Assembly: GCA_045646945.1 (NCBI GenBank)
Contig: JAZRLS010000045.1
Span: forward strand, 3,128-67,127
Reading direction: 5' to 3'
Length of the DNA stretch: 64,000 nucleotides
Source of the DNA: Eubacteriales bacterium
Lineage (GTDB): Bacteria; Bacillota; Clostridia; Oscillospirales; CAG-272
The translations under genes and the position numbers were made by a program. Under the pieces are notes generated by a model, which had not been told where the DNA came from, made no database searches, and saw only the letters and a list, made by a program, of their open reading frames with translations. This document shows, piece after piece, positions 17,706 through 27,499 of this stretch; within the stretch, counting starts at the first letter, position 1, and the number at the start of each line of letters is the position of its first letter.

Positions 17706-18425
17706 ATGAAAACAATGCGATTGGATAAATTTCTTGGCATTACGGGAATGTCTTCTCGTTCGGAGGCAAAAAAAATGATTCGTGCGGGAAGTGTCACTGT
17801 AAATGGACGGGTGGCATCCTCAGCGGAGGAGAAGATCGATCCCGAACAGGATGAGATTACGTTTTGCGGTAAACGTGTCATTTACCGCAAATATACTTAT
17901 ATTTTAATGAACAAGCCAGAAGGGGTGGTGAGCGCTACCGAGGACGGGCGTGATCGTACGGTGTTGGATCTTCTTCCTTCCGATATGCGGAAGACCGATC
18001 TTTTTCCGTGCGGACGTCTGGATAAAAATACGCTTGGTTTGATGTTGATTACCGATCACGGAGCACTGGCACATCGATTGCTGGCACCGAAAACGCACGT
18101 GGAAAAGGTATATTATTTCAAATCGAAATTTCCGATTTCCGAGGCGGACGCCAAGCGTTTTGAAAGCGGACTTACGTTGGAAGATGGATACGAAACGAAG
18201 CCCGCAAAAATCTCTTTGGAGCCTTCGGGGGATGCGGGAACGATTACTTTGATTGAAGGAAAATATCATCAAATCAAGCGGATGCTGGAAGCACTTGACA
18301 ACAAGATTATCTATTTGGAACGAATTCGCTTTGGGAATTTAACCTTAGATCAAACGCTTGCCCGCGGCGAATGGAGATATTTGACACAGGAAGAAATTTC
18401 CGTACTGGAACAGCACGGAAAATAA
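17706..18425 (+). CDS. RsuA family rRNA pseudouridine synthase
   Basis: S4 domain RLDKFL, NKPEG, GRLD catalytic motif and EGKYHQIKRM. Confidence 0.93.
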   Translation: MKTMRLDKFLGITGMSSRSEAKKMIRAGSVTVNGRVASSAEEKIDPEQDEITFCGKRVIYRKYTYILMNKPEGVVSATEDGRDRTVLDLLPSDMRKTDLFPCGRLDKNTLGLMLITDHGALAHRLLAPKTHVEKVYYFKSKFPISEADAKRFESGLTLEDGYETKPAKISLEPSGDAGTITLIEGKYHQIKRMLEALDNKIIYLERIRFGNLTLDQTLARGEWRYLTQEEISVLEQHGK

Positions 18426-18453
18426 AAAATAAATTTGATTTACGGAGTGGATC

Positions 18454-20613
18454 ATGGATATCATTCAAAAACTGACAGAAGAATTTCACTTAAAAAGAGA
18501 GCAGGTTGAAAAGACTGTGGCATTGATCGATGAAGGAAATACCATCCCTTTTATTGCTCGATACAGAAAAGAGGAAACGGGAAGCCTTGACGATACGGTG
18601 CTTCGTGATCTTGATGACCGTCTTACTTATTTGAGAAATATTGAAAAGCGCAAGGAAGAGGTGCGCGGACTGATTACCGAAATGGGTAAGATGACCGACG
18701 AGATTTCGCAGGCAATCGACAATGCGGTAACGATTACCGAGGTGGATGATATTTACCGTCCGTTCCGTCCTCATCGTAAAACTCGTGCATCGGTGGCAAA
18801 AGAAAAAGGTCTTGAGCCTTTGGCGGAGCTCATCTTGGCACAGGAAAACTCCTATGAGCCTTCGCTTGAGGAGCAGGCGGAAGCATACGTAGACGAAGAA
18901 AAGCAGGTGGCAAGTGCACAGGATGCACTCGCAGGTGCTTGTGATATTATCGCAGAGGTGGTGTCCGACAATGCCGATTACCGCAAGACGGTGCGCCGCG
19001 CAACCTTTGAAACGGGAATTCTCAGTACCAAGAATATTAAAGATGAGGATTCGGTATATTCTCAGTATTACGAGTATTCCGAAAGCACCAAGAAGATCCC
19101 GTCTCACCGTATTCTTGCAATTAACCGCGGAGAAAAGGAAGAGTTTTTGCGCGTTAGTTTGAGCGTAGAAAAGGGAATGATCCTTAACTATCTTTGCTCG
19201 GAAATGATCACCAATCCCAAGAGCCCTGCGGTGAAATACATCGAAGCGGCAATTGTTGATGGCTATGATCGTTTGATCGCGCCCTCGATTGAGCGCGAAA
19301 TCAGAAACGATATGTTCGATATGGCAAGTGAGGGAGCAATTAAGCTTTTTGCCGATAATTTGAAGCATCTTCTGATGCAAGCTCCTTTGAAAGGAAAAAC
19401 GGTTCTCGGCTTTGACCCTGGGTATATTAACGGTTGTAAAACGGCAGTGGTGGATAAGACGGGTAAGGTGCTTGACACGGCAGTGGTTTATCCTACGACC
19501 AAATCCAAATTTAAGACCGAAGAAGCTGCGAAGATCATCAAGAGAATGGTCGAGAGACATCACGTGGACGTCATCGCGATCGGTAACGGTACGGCGTCGA
19601 AAGAGAGCGAAATCTTTATTGCTGACGTGCTGAAAACCACCTCGTATCCTTGTAAGTATATCGTTGTCAACGAAGCCGGTGCATCGGTTTACTCGGCATC
19701 AAAACTTGCAGCAGAGGAATTTCCGGATTTTGACGTAATGCAGAGATCGGCCGTTTCCATTGCGCGCCGCTTGCAGGATCCGCTTGCTGAGCTTGTGAAA
19801 ATCGATCCCAAATCGATCGGTGTCGGTCAGTATCAGCACGATATGAAGCCCGCAAGACTGGACGGAGCATTGCAGGGCGTCGTTGAGGATTGCGTCAATG
19901 CCGTTGGTGTGGATATCAACACGGCATCGCACTCGTTGCTTTCCTATATTTCGGGTATTAACGCGACGAGCGCAAAGAATATTGTAAAATACCGTGAGGA
20001 GAACGGAGAGTTTACCTCCCGTGCTTCGATTATGAAGGTGCCGCGTGTTGGTGCAAAGGCATTTGAGCAGTGTGCTGGATTTTTGCGTGTTCCTCAGTCG
20101 AAGGAGATTTTGGATCATACGGGTGTTCACCCTGAGTCCTATCGCGCGGCGCACGCGCTGTTGGATCTCTTCGGCTATACCGAGGCGGACGTGGCAAAGG
20201 GAAGACTGACAGAGCTTGACAAGCAGGTCAGAGAAAAGGGACTTTCTAAGGTGAGCGAGGCGTGTGGCGTTGGTGAACCGACGCTTTTGGATATCGTTGC
20301 CGAGCTGATGAAGCCGGGACGTGACGTCCGAGACAGTCTGCCCTTGCCTGAGCTTCGCGATGACGTGCTGAGCATGGAAGACCTGAAACCCGATATGATC
20401 CTCAATGGAGTCGTTCGCAATGTCATTGATTTTGGTGCCTTCGTGGATATTGGCGTTCATCAGGACGGACTTGTGCATATCTCGGAGCTTTCCGACCGAT
20501 TTGTCAAGCATCCATCCGAGGTCGTTTCGCTTGGTGATGCCGTCAAGGTTCGCGTTCTTGCGGTCGATCTTAAGAAAAAGAGAATCTCGCTTTCGATGAA
20601 AAATATAAAGTGA
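18454..20613 (+). CDS. tex: Tex family RNA-binding transcription accessory protein
   Basis: GNTIPFIARYRKE, AIGNGTAS, SIARRLQDPLAELVKIDPKSIGVGQYQHD and a C-terminal S1 domain. Confidence 0.95.
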   Translation: MDIIQKLTEEFHLKREQVEKTVALIDEGNTIPFIARYRKEETGSLDDTVLRDLDDRLTYLRNIEKRKEEVRGLITEMGKMTDEISQAIDNAVTITEVDDIYRPFRPHRKTRASVAKEKGLEPLAELILAQENSYEPSLEEQAEAYVDEEKQVASAQDALAGACDIIAEVVSDNADYRKTVRRATFETGILSTKNIKDEDSVYSQYYEYSESTKKIPSHRILAINRGEKEEFLRVSLSVEKGMILNYLCSEMITNPKSPAVKYIEAAIVDGYDRLIAPSIEREIRNDMFDMASEGAIKLFADNLKHLLMQAPLKGKTVLGFDPGYINGCKTAVVDKTGKVLDTAVVYPTTKSKFKTEEAAKIIKRMVERHHVDVIAIGNGTASKESEIFIADVLKTTSYPCKYIVVNEAGASVYSASKLAAEEFPDFDVMQRSAVSIARRLQDPLAELVKIDPKSIGVGQYQHDMKPARLDGALQGVVEDCVNAVGVDINTASHSLLSYISGINATSAKNIVKYREENGEFTSRASIMKVPRVGAKAFEQCAGFLRVPQSKEILDHTGVHPESYRAAHALLDLFGYTEADVAKGRLTELDKQVREKGLSKVSEACGVGEPTLLDIVAELMKPGRDVRDSLPLPELRDDVLSMEDLKPDMILNGVVRNVIDFGAFVDIGVHQDGLVHISELSDRFVKHPSEVVSLGDAVKVRVLAVDLKKKRISLSMKNIK

Positions 20614-20817
20614 TATTAATTTATTAATAATAAAAGGTGTCGCTTTTTGCTGAATGACATGTAAAAAAACAAGTTTTGTGCAAAATAAACAAATAAAACG
20701 ATAAAATTTTGGGGATTTCCCCTCTTCCATTTTTCTTGTTTTTTTGGTACAATATTAGAGTACAGAACTGTGTATAATTTTAATTTCTGATATAATTTAT
20801 AGGAGGATTATTCCAAG

Positions 20818-21933
20818 ATGGCAAGCTTATCTCTCAGACACATCTACAAGAAGTATCCCGGCGGCGTTACTGCTGTATCGGACTTTAACCTTGAGGTCAA
20901 GGACAAAGAGTTCCTCGTTCTCGTTGGACCTTCCGGATGTGGAAAAACCACCACGCTCCGTATGATTGCAGGACTCGAGGAGATTTCCGAGGGTGAACTC
21001 TTTATCGGAGACCGTCTCGTTAACGACGTAGCACCGAAGGACAGAAAGATCGCGATGGTGTTCCAGAACTACGCTCTGTATCCTCATATGTCCGTATTTG
21101 AAAATATGGCATTCGGTCTGAAGCTGAATAAGACTCCGAAGGAAGAAATCAAGCGCCGCGTAGAAGAGGCTGCAAGAGTTCTTGATATTACCCACCTGCT
21201 CGACAGAAAGCCGAAGGCTCTGTCTGGTGGTCAGAAGCAGCGTGTAGCACTCGGTCGTGCTATCGTTCGTAACCCCGCAGTATTCTTGCTTGACGAGCCG
21301 CTTTCCAACTTGGACGCAAAGCTTCGTGCAGCGATGAGAACTGAGCTGACCAAGCTCCATCACCGTGTTGAAACCACCTTCGTATACGTTACCCACGACC
21401 AGGTCGAGGCTATGACGATGGCTACGAGAATCGTAGTTATGAAGGACGGTCTGATTCAGCAGGTTGATACTCCTCAGAACCTTTACGATTCGCCTTGCAA
21501 CATCTTCGTTGCAGGATTTATTGGAACTCCTCAGATGAACTTTATCAACGGTACTCTGGTAAAGAAGGGTGAAGACGTTTACTTCAACTTCGACGGTGTT
21601 TCCGTGAAGTTCCCCAAGGAGAAGGCAGAAGCTCCTGAGCTTGCTGAGTACATCGGTAAGGAAGTTGTTGTTGGACTTCGTCCTGAGGCTATTTCGGATA
21701 CGGAAGCAGCTGTTGCAGCTTCTGACGAAGCAGCATTCGGCGTTGAAGTTGACGTTACCGAGCTTATGGGTGCAGAGATTTATCTCTATCTCAAGGCTGG
21801 TGAAGAGACTAACCTGATCGCACGTGTATCTTCTCGTTCAACCTCCAGAGCAGGCGACAAGATCAAGGTTGCTTTCGATATGTCCAGACTCCACGTATTC
21901 GACAAGGATACCGAGCGCTGCGTCATTCACTAA
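20818..21933 (+). CDS. Orphan sugar ABC transporter ATP-binding protein (MsmK/MsmX/UgpC type)
   Basis: GPSGCGKTT, VFQNYALYPH, LSGGQ and DEPLSNLDAKLR; no permease genes adjacent. Confidence 0.95.
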   Translation: MASLSLRHIYKKYPGGVTAVSDFNLEVKDKEFLVLVGPSGCGKTTTLRMIAGLEEISEGELFIGDRLVNDVAPKDRKIAMVFQNYALYPHMSVFENMAFGLKLNKTPKEEIKRRVEEAARVLDITHLLDRKPKALSGGQKQRVALGRAIVRNPAVFLLDEPLSNLDAKLRAAMRTELTKLHHRVETTFVYVTHDQVEAMTMATRIVVMKDGLIQQVDTPQNLYDSPCNIFVAGFIGTPQMNFINGTLVKKGEDVYFNFDGVSVKFPKEKAEAPELAEYIGKEVVVGLRPEAISDTEAAVAASDEAAFGVEVDVTELMGAEIYLYLKAGEETNLIARVSSRSTSRAGDKIKVAFDMSRLHVFDKDTERCVIH

Positions 21934-21942
21934 TTGAAATTG

Positions 21943-21975
21943 AAAAGCTCGCTTGCATTGCAAGCGAGCTTTTTT
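21943..21975. terminator. Bidirectional intrinsic terminator
   Basis: AAAAGCTCGCTTGCA-T-TGCAAGCGAGCTTTT. Confidence 0.85.
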
Positions 21976-22993
21976 AGTTGTTGTTTTCTTTTCCAAGTCC
22001 TTCTTGATTGGCAAGCGGATTTTGTGCCATTGCTTCTTCCATGCTGCGATTGCTGACGTGCGTATAGATCTGTGTGGTGTTAAGCTGTTCGTGACCGAGA
22101 ATATCCTTGAGCACTCGGACGTCGACGTTTCCGCTTTGATACATCAGCGTTGCGGCGGTGTGTCGAAGTTTGTGTACGGAGTAGTGTTTTGACTCAAGAC
22201 CAGCCATATCGAGATATTTGTAAACGAGCCACTGTACTGTTTTTACACTAATACGTTGTTCGCGGTTACTTAAAAAGAGGGCAGGGGTGTCGGCTTTGAT
22301 ATGGAGCTCGCTGAGCCGTTCATCCAGATAGTCGCCAAGGGCATCCTTGCAGGCTTCGTTGAGATAAACAATGCGTTGCTTGTTACCTTTACCCGTAACG
22401 GTGAGCGATCGGAGCTGGCGGTCGACGTCGTTGAGATTGATGCCGACAAGCTCGGAAAGACGCATACCGCAGTTGAGAAATAGCGTAATAATGGCAAAAT
22501 CTCGCACCCTGCTTTTGGAATCAACGTCGTTTTTGACGCAGTTGAGTAGAGCAAGGCTTTCTTGCAAGGAAAGATATTTGGGGAGTGCTTGTTGTCTTTT
22601 CGGAGTTTCGATGTTTGCCGCAGGATTTTCCTCCAACATCATACGCTTGACGGTGAGATATTTGAAAAATCCTTTGATGGCAGAGAGCTTTCTTGACTTT
22701 GCCGCCGCCATATTTCCTCGTGTATGGTCTGCATACATCAAAAACTCATAAATATCTTCCATTGTAATATTTTTGATGTACTCCAGATCGATATTACTGA
22801 TATCAATGGCTTCAAATTCCTCAGATTCTGTGGGAATATGCAGATCTCTAGCCCGCAAAAATCGGAAGAAGGTCCGAAGATCAAGGAGATATTCCGAAAC
22901 CGTCTTTTCCGAAGCATTTTGTATGACGGACTTGTACGAGGCAAATTCCCGCACCAACGAGGGAAGAGTATTCAGAGGAACGCTTGTGACCAT
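21974..22993 (-). CDS. xerC: Tyrosine recombinase, chromosomal XerC-like
   Basis: GMRLSEL, GKGNKQR, HKLRHTAAT and LGH..LNTTQIY catalytic residues; SAM-like N-terminus. Confidence 0.85.
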   Translation of the reverse strand: MVTSVPLNTLPSLVREFASYKSVIQNASEKTVSEYLLDLRTFFRFLRARDLHIPTESEEFEAIDISNIDLEYIKNITMEDIYEFLMYADHTRGNMAAAKSRKLSAIKGFFKYLTVKRMMLEENPAANIETPKRQQALPKYLSLQESLALLNCVKNDVDSKSRVRDFAIITLFLNCGMRLSELVGINLNDVDRQLRSLTVTGKGNKQRIVYLNEACKDALGDYLDERLSELHIKADTPALFLSNREQRISVKTVQWLVYKYLDMAGLESKHYSVHKLRHTAATLMYQSGNVDVRVLKDILGHEQLNTTQIYTHVSNRSMEEAMAQNPLANQEGLGKENNN

Positions 22994-23150
22994 TTTGACC
23001 TCCCAAATGCTTTACTTACTTATTATTATATAACATTTGGTGATAATTTAGTGGATAAAATGTAAACTTTTCTGCGAATATCTTGAAAAAAAGAGAAAAA
23101 TTTAATATAATATCATAAAGAAGCTCAAAGAAAACTTCAGGGAGAATTTT

Positions 23151-23732
23151 ATGAAAGCTTTTTTTCACGATTACTTATATAGTTCTGTAAAGATGCTTGT
23201 CAATCAGCTCGCGATTTCGATTTTTGGTGTTGTATTGGCAATGGCGGCAATGGCGGCAAAAAGTGATACGCTTACAGTCGTTGTCAGTATCTTTTCAATA
23301 ATTTTTTATCTTTTTCTCATCTATACGATGACGTGGGAAATCGGTGCGAAGGATCGCGTTTCGGTGGATATCGGAAAGAAGCCTTACCGTCCGCATACGG
23401 GTGTTTTGATTGCCCTTGTTGCAAATATTCCCAATTTTGTGATTGCTTTTTTGTATGCCCTCGGGTATTCTGCGATGGGAGAAAAGGTATGGGCAGGATC
23501 GATGAATGCGGTTTTAACGGCAATTTCCGCTCTGACGATGGGAATGTACCGTGGATTTCTATCCGTTTGGACGATCGGTGAATTTTCGGCGTTCCGTTAT
23601 TGGTGGAGCTATTTCCTGATCATTCTTCCGTGCCTTATCACAGCGTGGGTTGCATATTTTGCAGGTTTTAAGAACTTCAGAATGGTGGCATCGTACTTCA
23701 ATAAAAAGCCCGATCAGGGAAAAAAGAAATAA
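23151..23732 (+). CDS. Hypothetical membrane protein
   Basis: 193 aa, about 5 TM segments, GGGAGA SD. Confidence 0.75.
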   Translation: MKAFFHDYLYSSVKMLVNQLAISIFGVVLAMAAMAAKSDTLTVVVSIFSIIFYLFLIYTMTWEIGAKDRVSVDIGKKPYRPHTGVLIALVANIPNFVIAFLYALGYSAMGEKVWAGSMNAVLTAISALTMGMYRGFLSVWTIGEFSAFRYWWSYFLIILPCLITAWVAYFAGFKNFRMVASYFNKKPDQGKKK

Positions 23733-23736
23733 AACG

Positions 23737-23765
23737 AACGGTAGGATTTTATCCTACCGTTTTTT
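23737..23765 (+). terminator. Intrinsic terminator
   Basis: AACGGTAGGAT-TTT-ATCCTACCGTT followed by a T-run. Confidence 0.85.
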
Positions 23766-23929
23766 CTATCCGGATTTGACTTTTTCTCTTCCTTGTGATA
23801 AACTAATACTATAAAAAAATGAAGTATTCATTGAATTGCATTCGTAAAATACCTGGTGTGAAAATCCCCAAAAACAGTGTATAATGAGAGTACAAAAGCG
23901 CTTTTGAATGATGACAAAGGAGAAAGAAA

Positions 23930-24979
23930 ATGTCTGTTGGAACTACGATTAAAAAACTTCGCCGTGAACGAAATATGACACAGGAGCAGCTTGCCGAACT
24001 GTTGGGAGTCTCTACAAATGCCGTTTCTCAATGGGAGTGTGATAAGACCGCGCCAGACATTTCGCATTTGCCGATTTTAGCAAATATTTTTGAGGTCAGT
24101 GCCGATATTTTACTGGAAATTGATTTTTCCAAAAGCAAAAAGCAGGCGGAGATCGAAGCATTTAAGGCAAAGCATCAAGAGCTTCACAGCCAAGGAAAAA
24201 CTGCGGAACGGTTAATTCTTTGCCGTGAGATGCAAAAGAAATATCCGAATGATGAAACCGTGCAGTATTACTTGATGCGAGTGTTGCAAAACGGATACAT
24301 CGATGAAAATTTTGATGAGATTCTGACACTTGGTGAACAGCTTTTGAACTCTACGGAATATCGCACGTGTGCCATTCGCGGTCTGTGCTTTACCTATTTG
24401 CATAAGGGCGATAGAGTGAAGGCTTTACAGTATGCGGAAATGATGCCATTTTCTGAAGATTTGCATTTGCACGTTTTGGAAGGAGATGCATTGGTAGAGC
24501 ATTGCCAAAACTATTTTTATAAGGTTTGCGATAAAATGTATCTTTATATGAAATATCTTTGTGATTGCAAGGAAGCAGGATATACGCATGAAGAGAAACA
24601 TTCACTGTGGGAGACGCTGTATGATAACTTCAATATGATTTTCAAAAATAAGGATTTTGGATTTTATCATGAGCGATTGGCAAGAATCAGTTTTTCTATG
24701 GCAATGGAAAGTGGAAGAGTAGAAAACTTTAACCGTGCCTTGGAAGAGATGGAAACAATGATTACACATCTTGAAAATTTTCAAGAATTTTCGGAAATTT
24801 CCCATACATCTTTACTTGTTAACAAGGTGAAAATCAATATTAAGGATACCACAAGAAGCAAGGAAGAAACACTCGGACATTCGTTTTTGAGATATCTTGA
24901 ACGCTATGATACCGTATTTGCTTCTATGAAAAACGAGCCACGTTTTGAAAATATCAAACAACGGCTTGCTACGCTATAA
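23930..24979 (+). CDS. XRE-family HTH transcriptional regulator with helical (TPR-like) C-terminus
   Basis: IKKLRRERNMTQEQLAELLGVSTNAVSQWE...PDI. Confidence 0.88.
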   Translation: MSVGTTIKKLRRERNMTQEQLAELLGVSTNAVSQWECDKTAPDISHLPILANIFEVSADILLEIDFSKSKKQAEIEAFKAKHQELHSQGKTAERLILCREMQKKYPNDETVQYYLMRVLQNGYIDENFDEILTLGEQLLNSTEYRTCAIRGLCFTYLHKGDRVKALQYAEMMPFSEDLHLHVLEGDALVEHCQNYFYKVCDKMYLYMKYLCDCKEAGYTHEEKHSLWETLYDNFNMIFKNKDFGFYHERLARISFSMAMESGRVENFNRALEEMETMITHLENFQEFSEISHTSLLVNKVKINIKDTTRSKEETLGHSFLRYLERYDTVFASMKNEPRFENIKQRLATL

Positions 24980-24983
24980 CTTT

Positions 24984-25042
24984 AGCCCCGTCTTGTGCGG
25001 GGCTTTTGATCGAAAGAGCCATCACGAGATCGTGATGGCTCA
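24984..25042. terminator. Two tandem hairpins between convergent genes
   Basis: AGCCCCG..CGGGGCT followed by TTT, and GAGCCATCACGA..TCGTGATGGCTC. Confidence 0.7.
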
Positions 25043-25054
25043 AATATTTGTTCT

Positions 25055-25411
25055 TTATTTCTCCAAGCTTTTGAGATAGTTTTTGATGATTTCCACGAGA
25101 AGCTCGTCACGGTTGACGCGCGCCATGAGTCCGCGTGCGTTTTTCCAGTTGGTAATGTAGACGGGATCCTCTGAAAGAATATATCCCGCAATCTGTCTTG
25201 CGGGGTCGTAGCCCTTTTCGCAAAGCGCGGTGTAGATCTCTTTGATCGTACCTTTGAGTTCGTCTTCCTTCGATGGCTTTTGAGGGGTTGGTTCTTCTAT
25301 CATTTGTTCGATCATTTCAAGATCGGTAATAGACATTTGAATGACGTCTTCGACACGCTTCGGCTTTTCCGCGCGTGGTGTCTGATGCTCAAGATCGGTA
25401 TGGGAGCTCAT
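25055..25411 (-). CDS. IreB/ReoM family regulatory phosphoprotein (N-terminally extended)
   Basis: YTALCEKGYDPARQIAGYILSEDPVYIT...ARGLM...RDELL. Confidence 0.85.
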   Translation of the reverse strand: MSSHTDLEHQTPRAEKPKRVEDVIQMSITDLEMIEQMIEEPTPQKPSKEDELKGTIKEIYTALCEKGYDPARQIAGYILSEDPVYITNWKNARGLMARVNRDELLVEIIKNYLKSLEK

Positions 25412-25533
25412 TGTTTTCCTCCGTTCAAAGTGCTATTATTAGTATAGCATATTTTTTCTCCGATGTCTACACCCATTTGTGAATTTTTCCAAGACTATTT
25501 TCTTACGATACCGTTTTTTATTGAGAATACCGA

Positions 25534-25562
25534 TTGACAAAAAAAGTGATTTGTACTATAAT
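25534..25562 (+). promoter_or_regulatory. Consensus sigma-A promoter
   Basis: TTGACA-N17-TATAAT. Confidence 0.85.
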
Positions 25563-25595
25563 AATCTTAGCAAAAAATAGGAGGTTTTTGGACAG

Positions 25596-27392
25596 ATGGG
25601 AACGTTTCAAGCAAAAGAACATTTTTGCGATTTTTGCGTTGTCGGCGGAGGTCTTGCGGGTACGGTTGCCGCGCTTGCTGCCGCACGAAAGGGACTTCGT
25701 GTCGTCCTGATTCAGGACCGTCCCGTGCTTGGCGGAAATTCTTCTTCCGAGATCCGCGTATGGGTTCGCGGCGCAAAGGGAATTTATAACAAAGAAACGG
25801 GAATTCTTGGGGAATTTGAGGAAGAAAATATTTACCGCAACCCGACGCTTGCCCCTACGCTTTGGGACAGTGTTCTTTACGGAAAAATCAAGGAAAATCC
25901 AAATATTACGCTTCTTTTGAATTCGTCTTGTATGCAGGCAGAATGCGACAACGGACGTATTCTGAGTGTGACGGCGTGGCAGTTGACCACCTACACGTGG
26001 CAGAAGGTTACCGCAAGATATTTTGCGGATTGCTCGGGTGACTCGGTGTTAGCTCCCTTGACGGGGGCAGCGCACCGCATCGGTCGTGAAGCGCAGTCGG
26101 AGTACGGTGAGAGCATTGCTCAGCCGGTTGCCGACGAAAAGGGAATGGGAATGTGTTGTTTCTTCTCGGCAAGGGAAACCGACCATCCCGTGAAGTTTAC
26201 GCCTCCCTCATGGGCAAACGTCTACGAAACCGATGAGGATTTTGCCGTTGTTTCTTATAAAGTCAACAATCTCTCCACCTTCCGTGATCACGCCGTGGCG
26301 ACGAGCGGAACGAATTTCTGGTGGATGGAGCTTGGCGGTGACGGAGAGGCAATCGTCAATACCGAAGAAACGCGCGATGAGCTTGTGAAGATCGTATTCG
26401 GTATCTGGGATCACATCAAAAACAAGGGCGATCACGGCTATGAAAATTGGGAGCTCGATTGGGTCGGATTCCTTCCCGGAAAGCGTGAGTCGGTTCGCTA
26501 TATCGGAGAGCACGTTCTCAAGCAGAGCGATATTGAAGGCGGCGGTGTATTTGATGACGTCGTAGCCTACGGCGGTTGGCCGATGGATTCACTCAATCCT
26601 TTGGGAATGAAGGCGAACTCTTTTGATGAGCTTCCGTCGCAGATGCATCCTGCACCCTCGCCCTACGGTATTCCTTACCGCTGTCTGTATTCTGCGAATA
26701 TTGATAATCTCTTCTTCGCAGGTCGAAATATCAGTGCAACACACGTTGGTATGAGTTCGATTCGCGTAATGGGGACTTGTGCTTTGATGGGACAAGCCAT
26801 TGGTACGGCGGCGGCACTCTGTGAGAAAAACGGATTTCTTCCTCGCGAACTGCGCGGAACCGATCTGAAAAAATTGCAGACCCAGTTGCAAGAGGACGGT
26901 GTTTTTTTGCCGGGGCTTCCCAGAAAAATTCCTGCGCTGTCGCTTTCCGCGAAACTGAATTTGAGTGACGAGCAAAGAGAAACTCTCTTTAACGGAATTG
27001 AGCGTCCGAGAAGCGAGACGGAGCGTAACGAGATTGTGCTTGACAAGGGAGAATCCATCGTATTCTCTTGGGAAGAGAAACAGAAGCTGTCTGAGCTCAG
27101 AATTCAATTTGATCGCGATTGGGAGAGAACTTCGGTGACGCCGAACTTCAAAATGCAGGTATTTCCGATGAAGCTGAACGAGGGCAAAGATTTTGTACCC
27201 GTCAAGGTTGCGGATACCATTGTTCGTTCGTTTGCTGTATTTGCGGACGGAGAGAAGATTTATGAGTGTGACAACAATTATCACGCGCTTGTCAAGGTTC
27301 CGCTTTCGGCAGAAGCAAAGACGCTCGAAGTGAAAATGATTGATACTTGGGGAAATGATCGCGTCCATCTGTTTGCTTGTGACGTGAAATAA
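25596..27392 (+). CDS. FAD-dependent oxidoreductase (FAD_oxidored-type)
   Basis: VVGGGLAG..AA..AAR.G, LGGNSSSE, DCSGD, PGKRES, PYRCL and RVMGTC..MGQA.G. Confidence 0.88.
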   Translation: MGTFQAKEHFCDFCVVGGGLAGTVAALAAARKGLRVVLIQDRPVLGGNSSSEIRVWVRGAKGIYNKETGILGEFEEENIYRNPTLAPTLWDSVLYGKIKENPNITLLLNSSCMQAECDNGRILSVTAWQLTTYTWQKVTARYFADCSGDSVLAPLTGAAHRIGREAQSEYGESIAQPVADEKGMGMCCFFSARETDHPVKFTPPSWANVYETDEDFAVVSYKVNNLSTFRDHAVATSGTNFWWMELGGDGEAIVNTEETRDELVKIVFGIWDHIKNKGDHGYENWELDWVGFLPGKRESVRYIGEHVLKQSDIEGGGVFDDVVAYGGWPMDSLNPLGMKANSFDELPSQMHPAPSPYGIPYRCLYSANIDNLFFAGRNISATHVGMSSIRVMGTCALMGQAIGTAAALCEKNGFLPRELRGTDLKKLQTQLQEDGVFLPGLPRKIPALSLSAKLNLSDEQRETLFNGIERPRSETERNEIVLDKGESIVFSWEEKQKLSELRIQFDRDWERTSVTPNFKMQVFPMKLNEGKDFVPVKVADTIVRSFAVFADGEKIYECDNNYHALVKVPLSAEAKTLEVKMIDTWGNDRVHLFACDVK

Positions 27393-27499
27393 ATTTTGCA
27401 AATTTTTGGAAAAAAGCAAAAATATTTTGCGCATGTACTTGATTTTTGATATGGAATCGTGTATAATATTTTAGGAATAAATTTAAAGGAGTTCGTATT

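Noticed and set aside
21974..24979. Tyrosine recombinase plus XRE regulator as prophage/ICE
   Set aside because: The recombinase looks like chromosomal XerC; no att repeats, tRNA, excisionase, phage or conjugation genes are seen.
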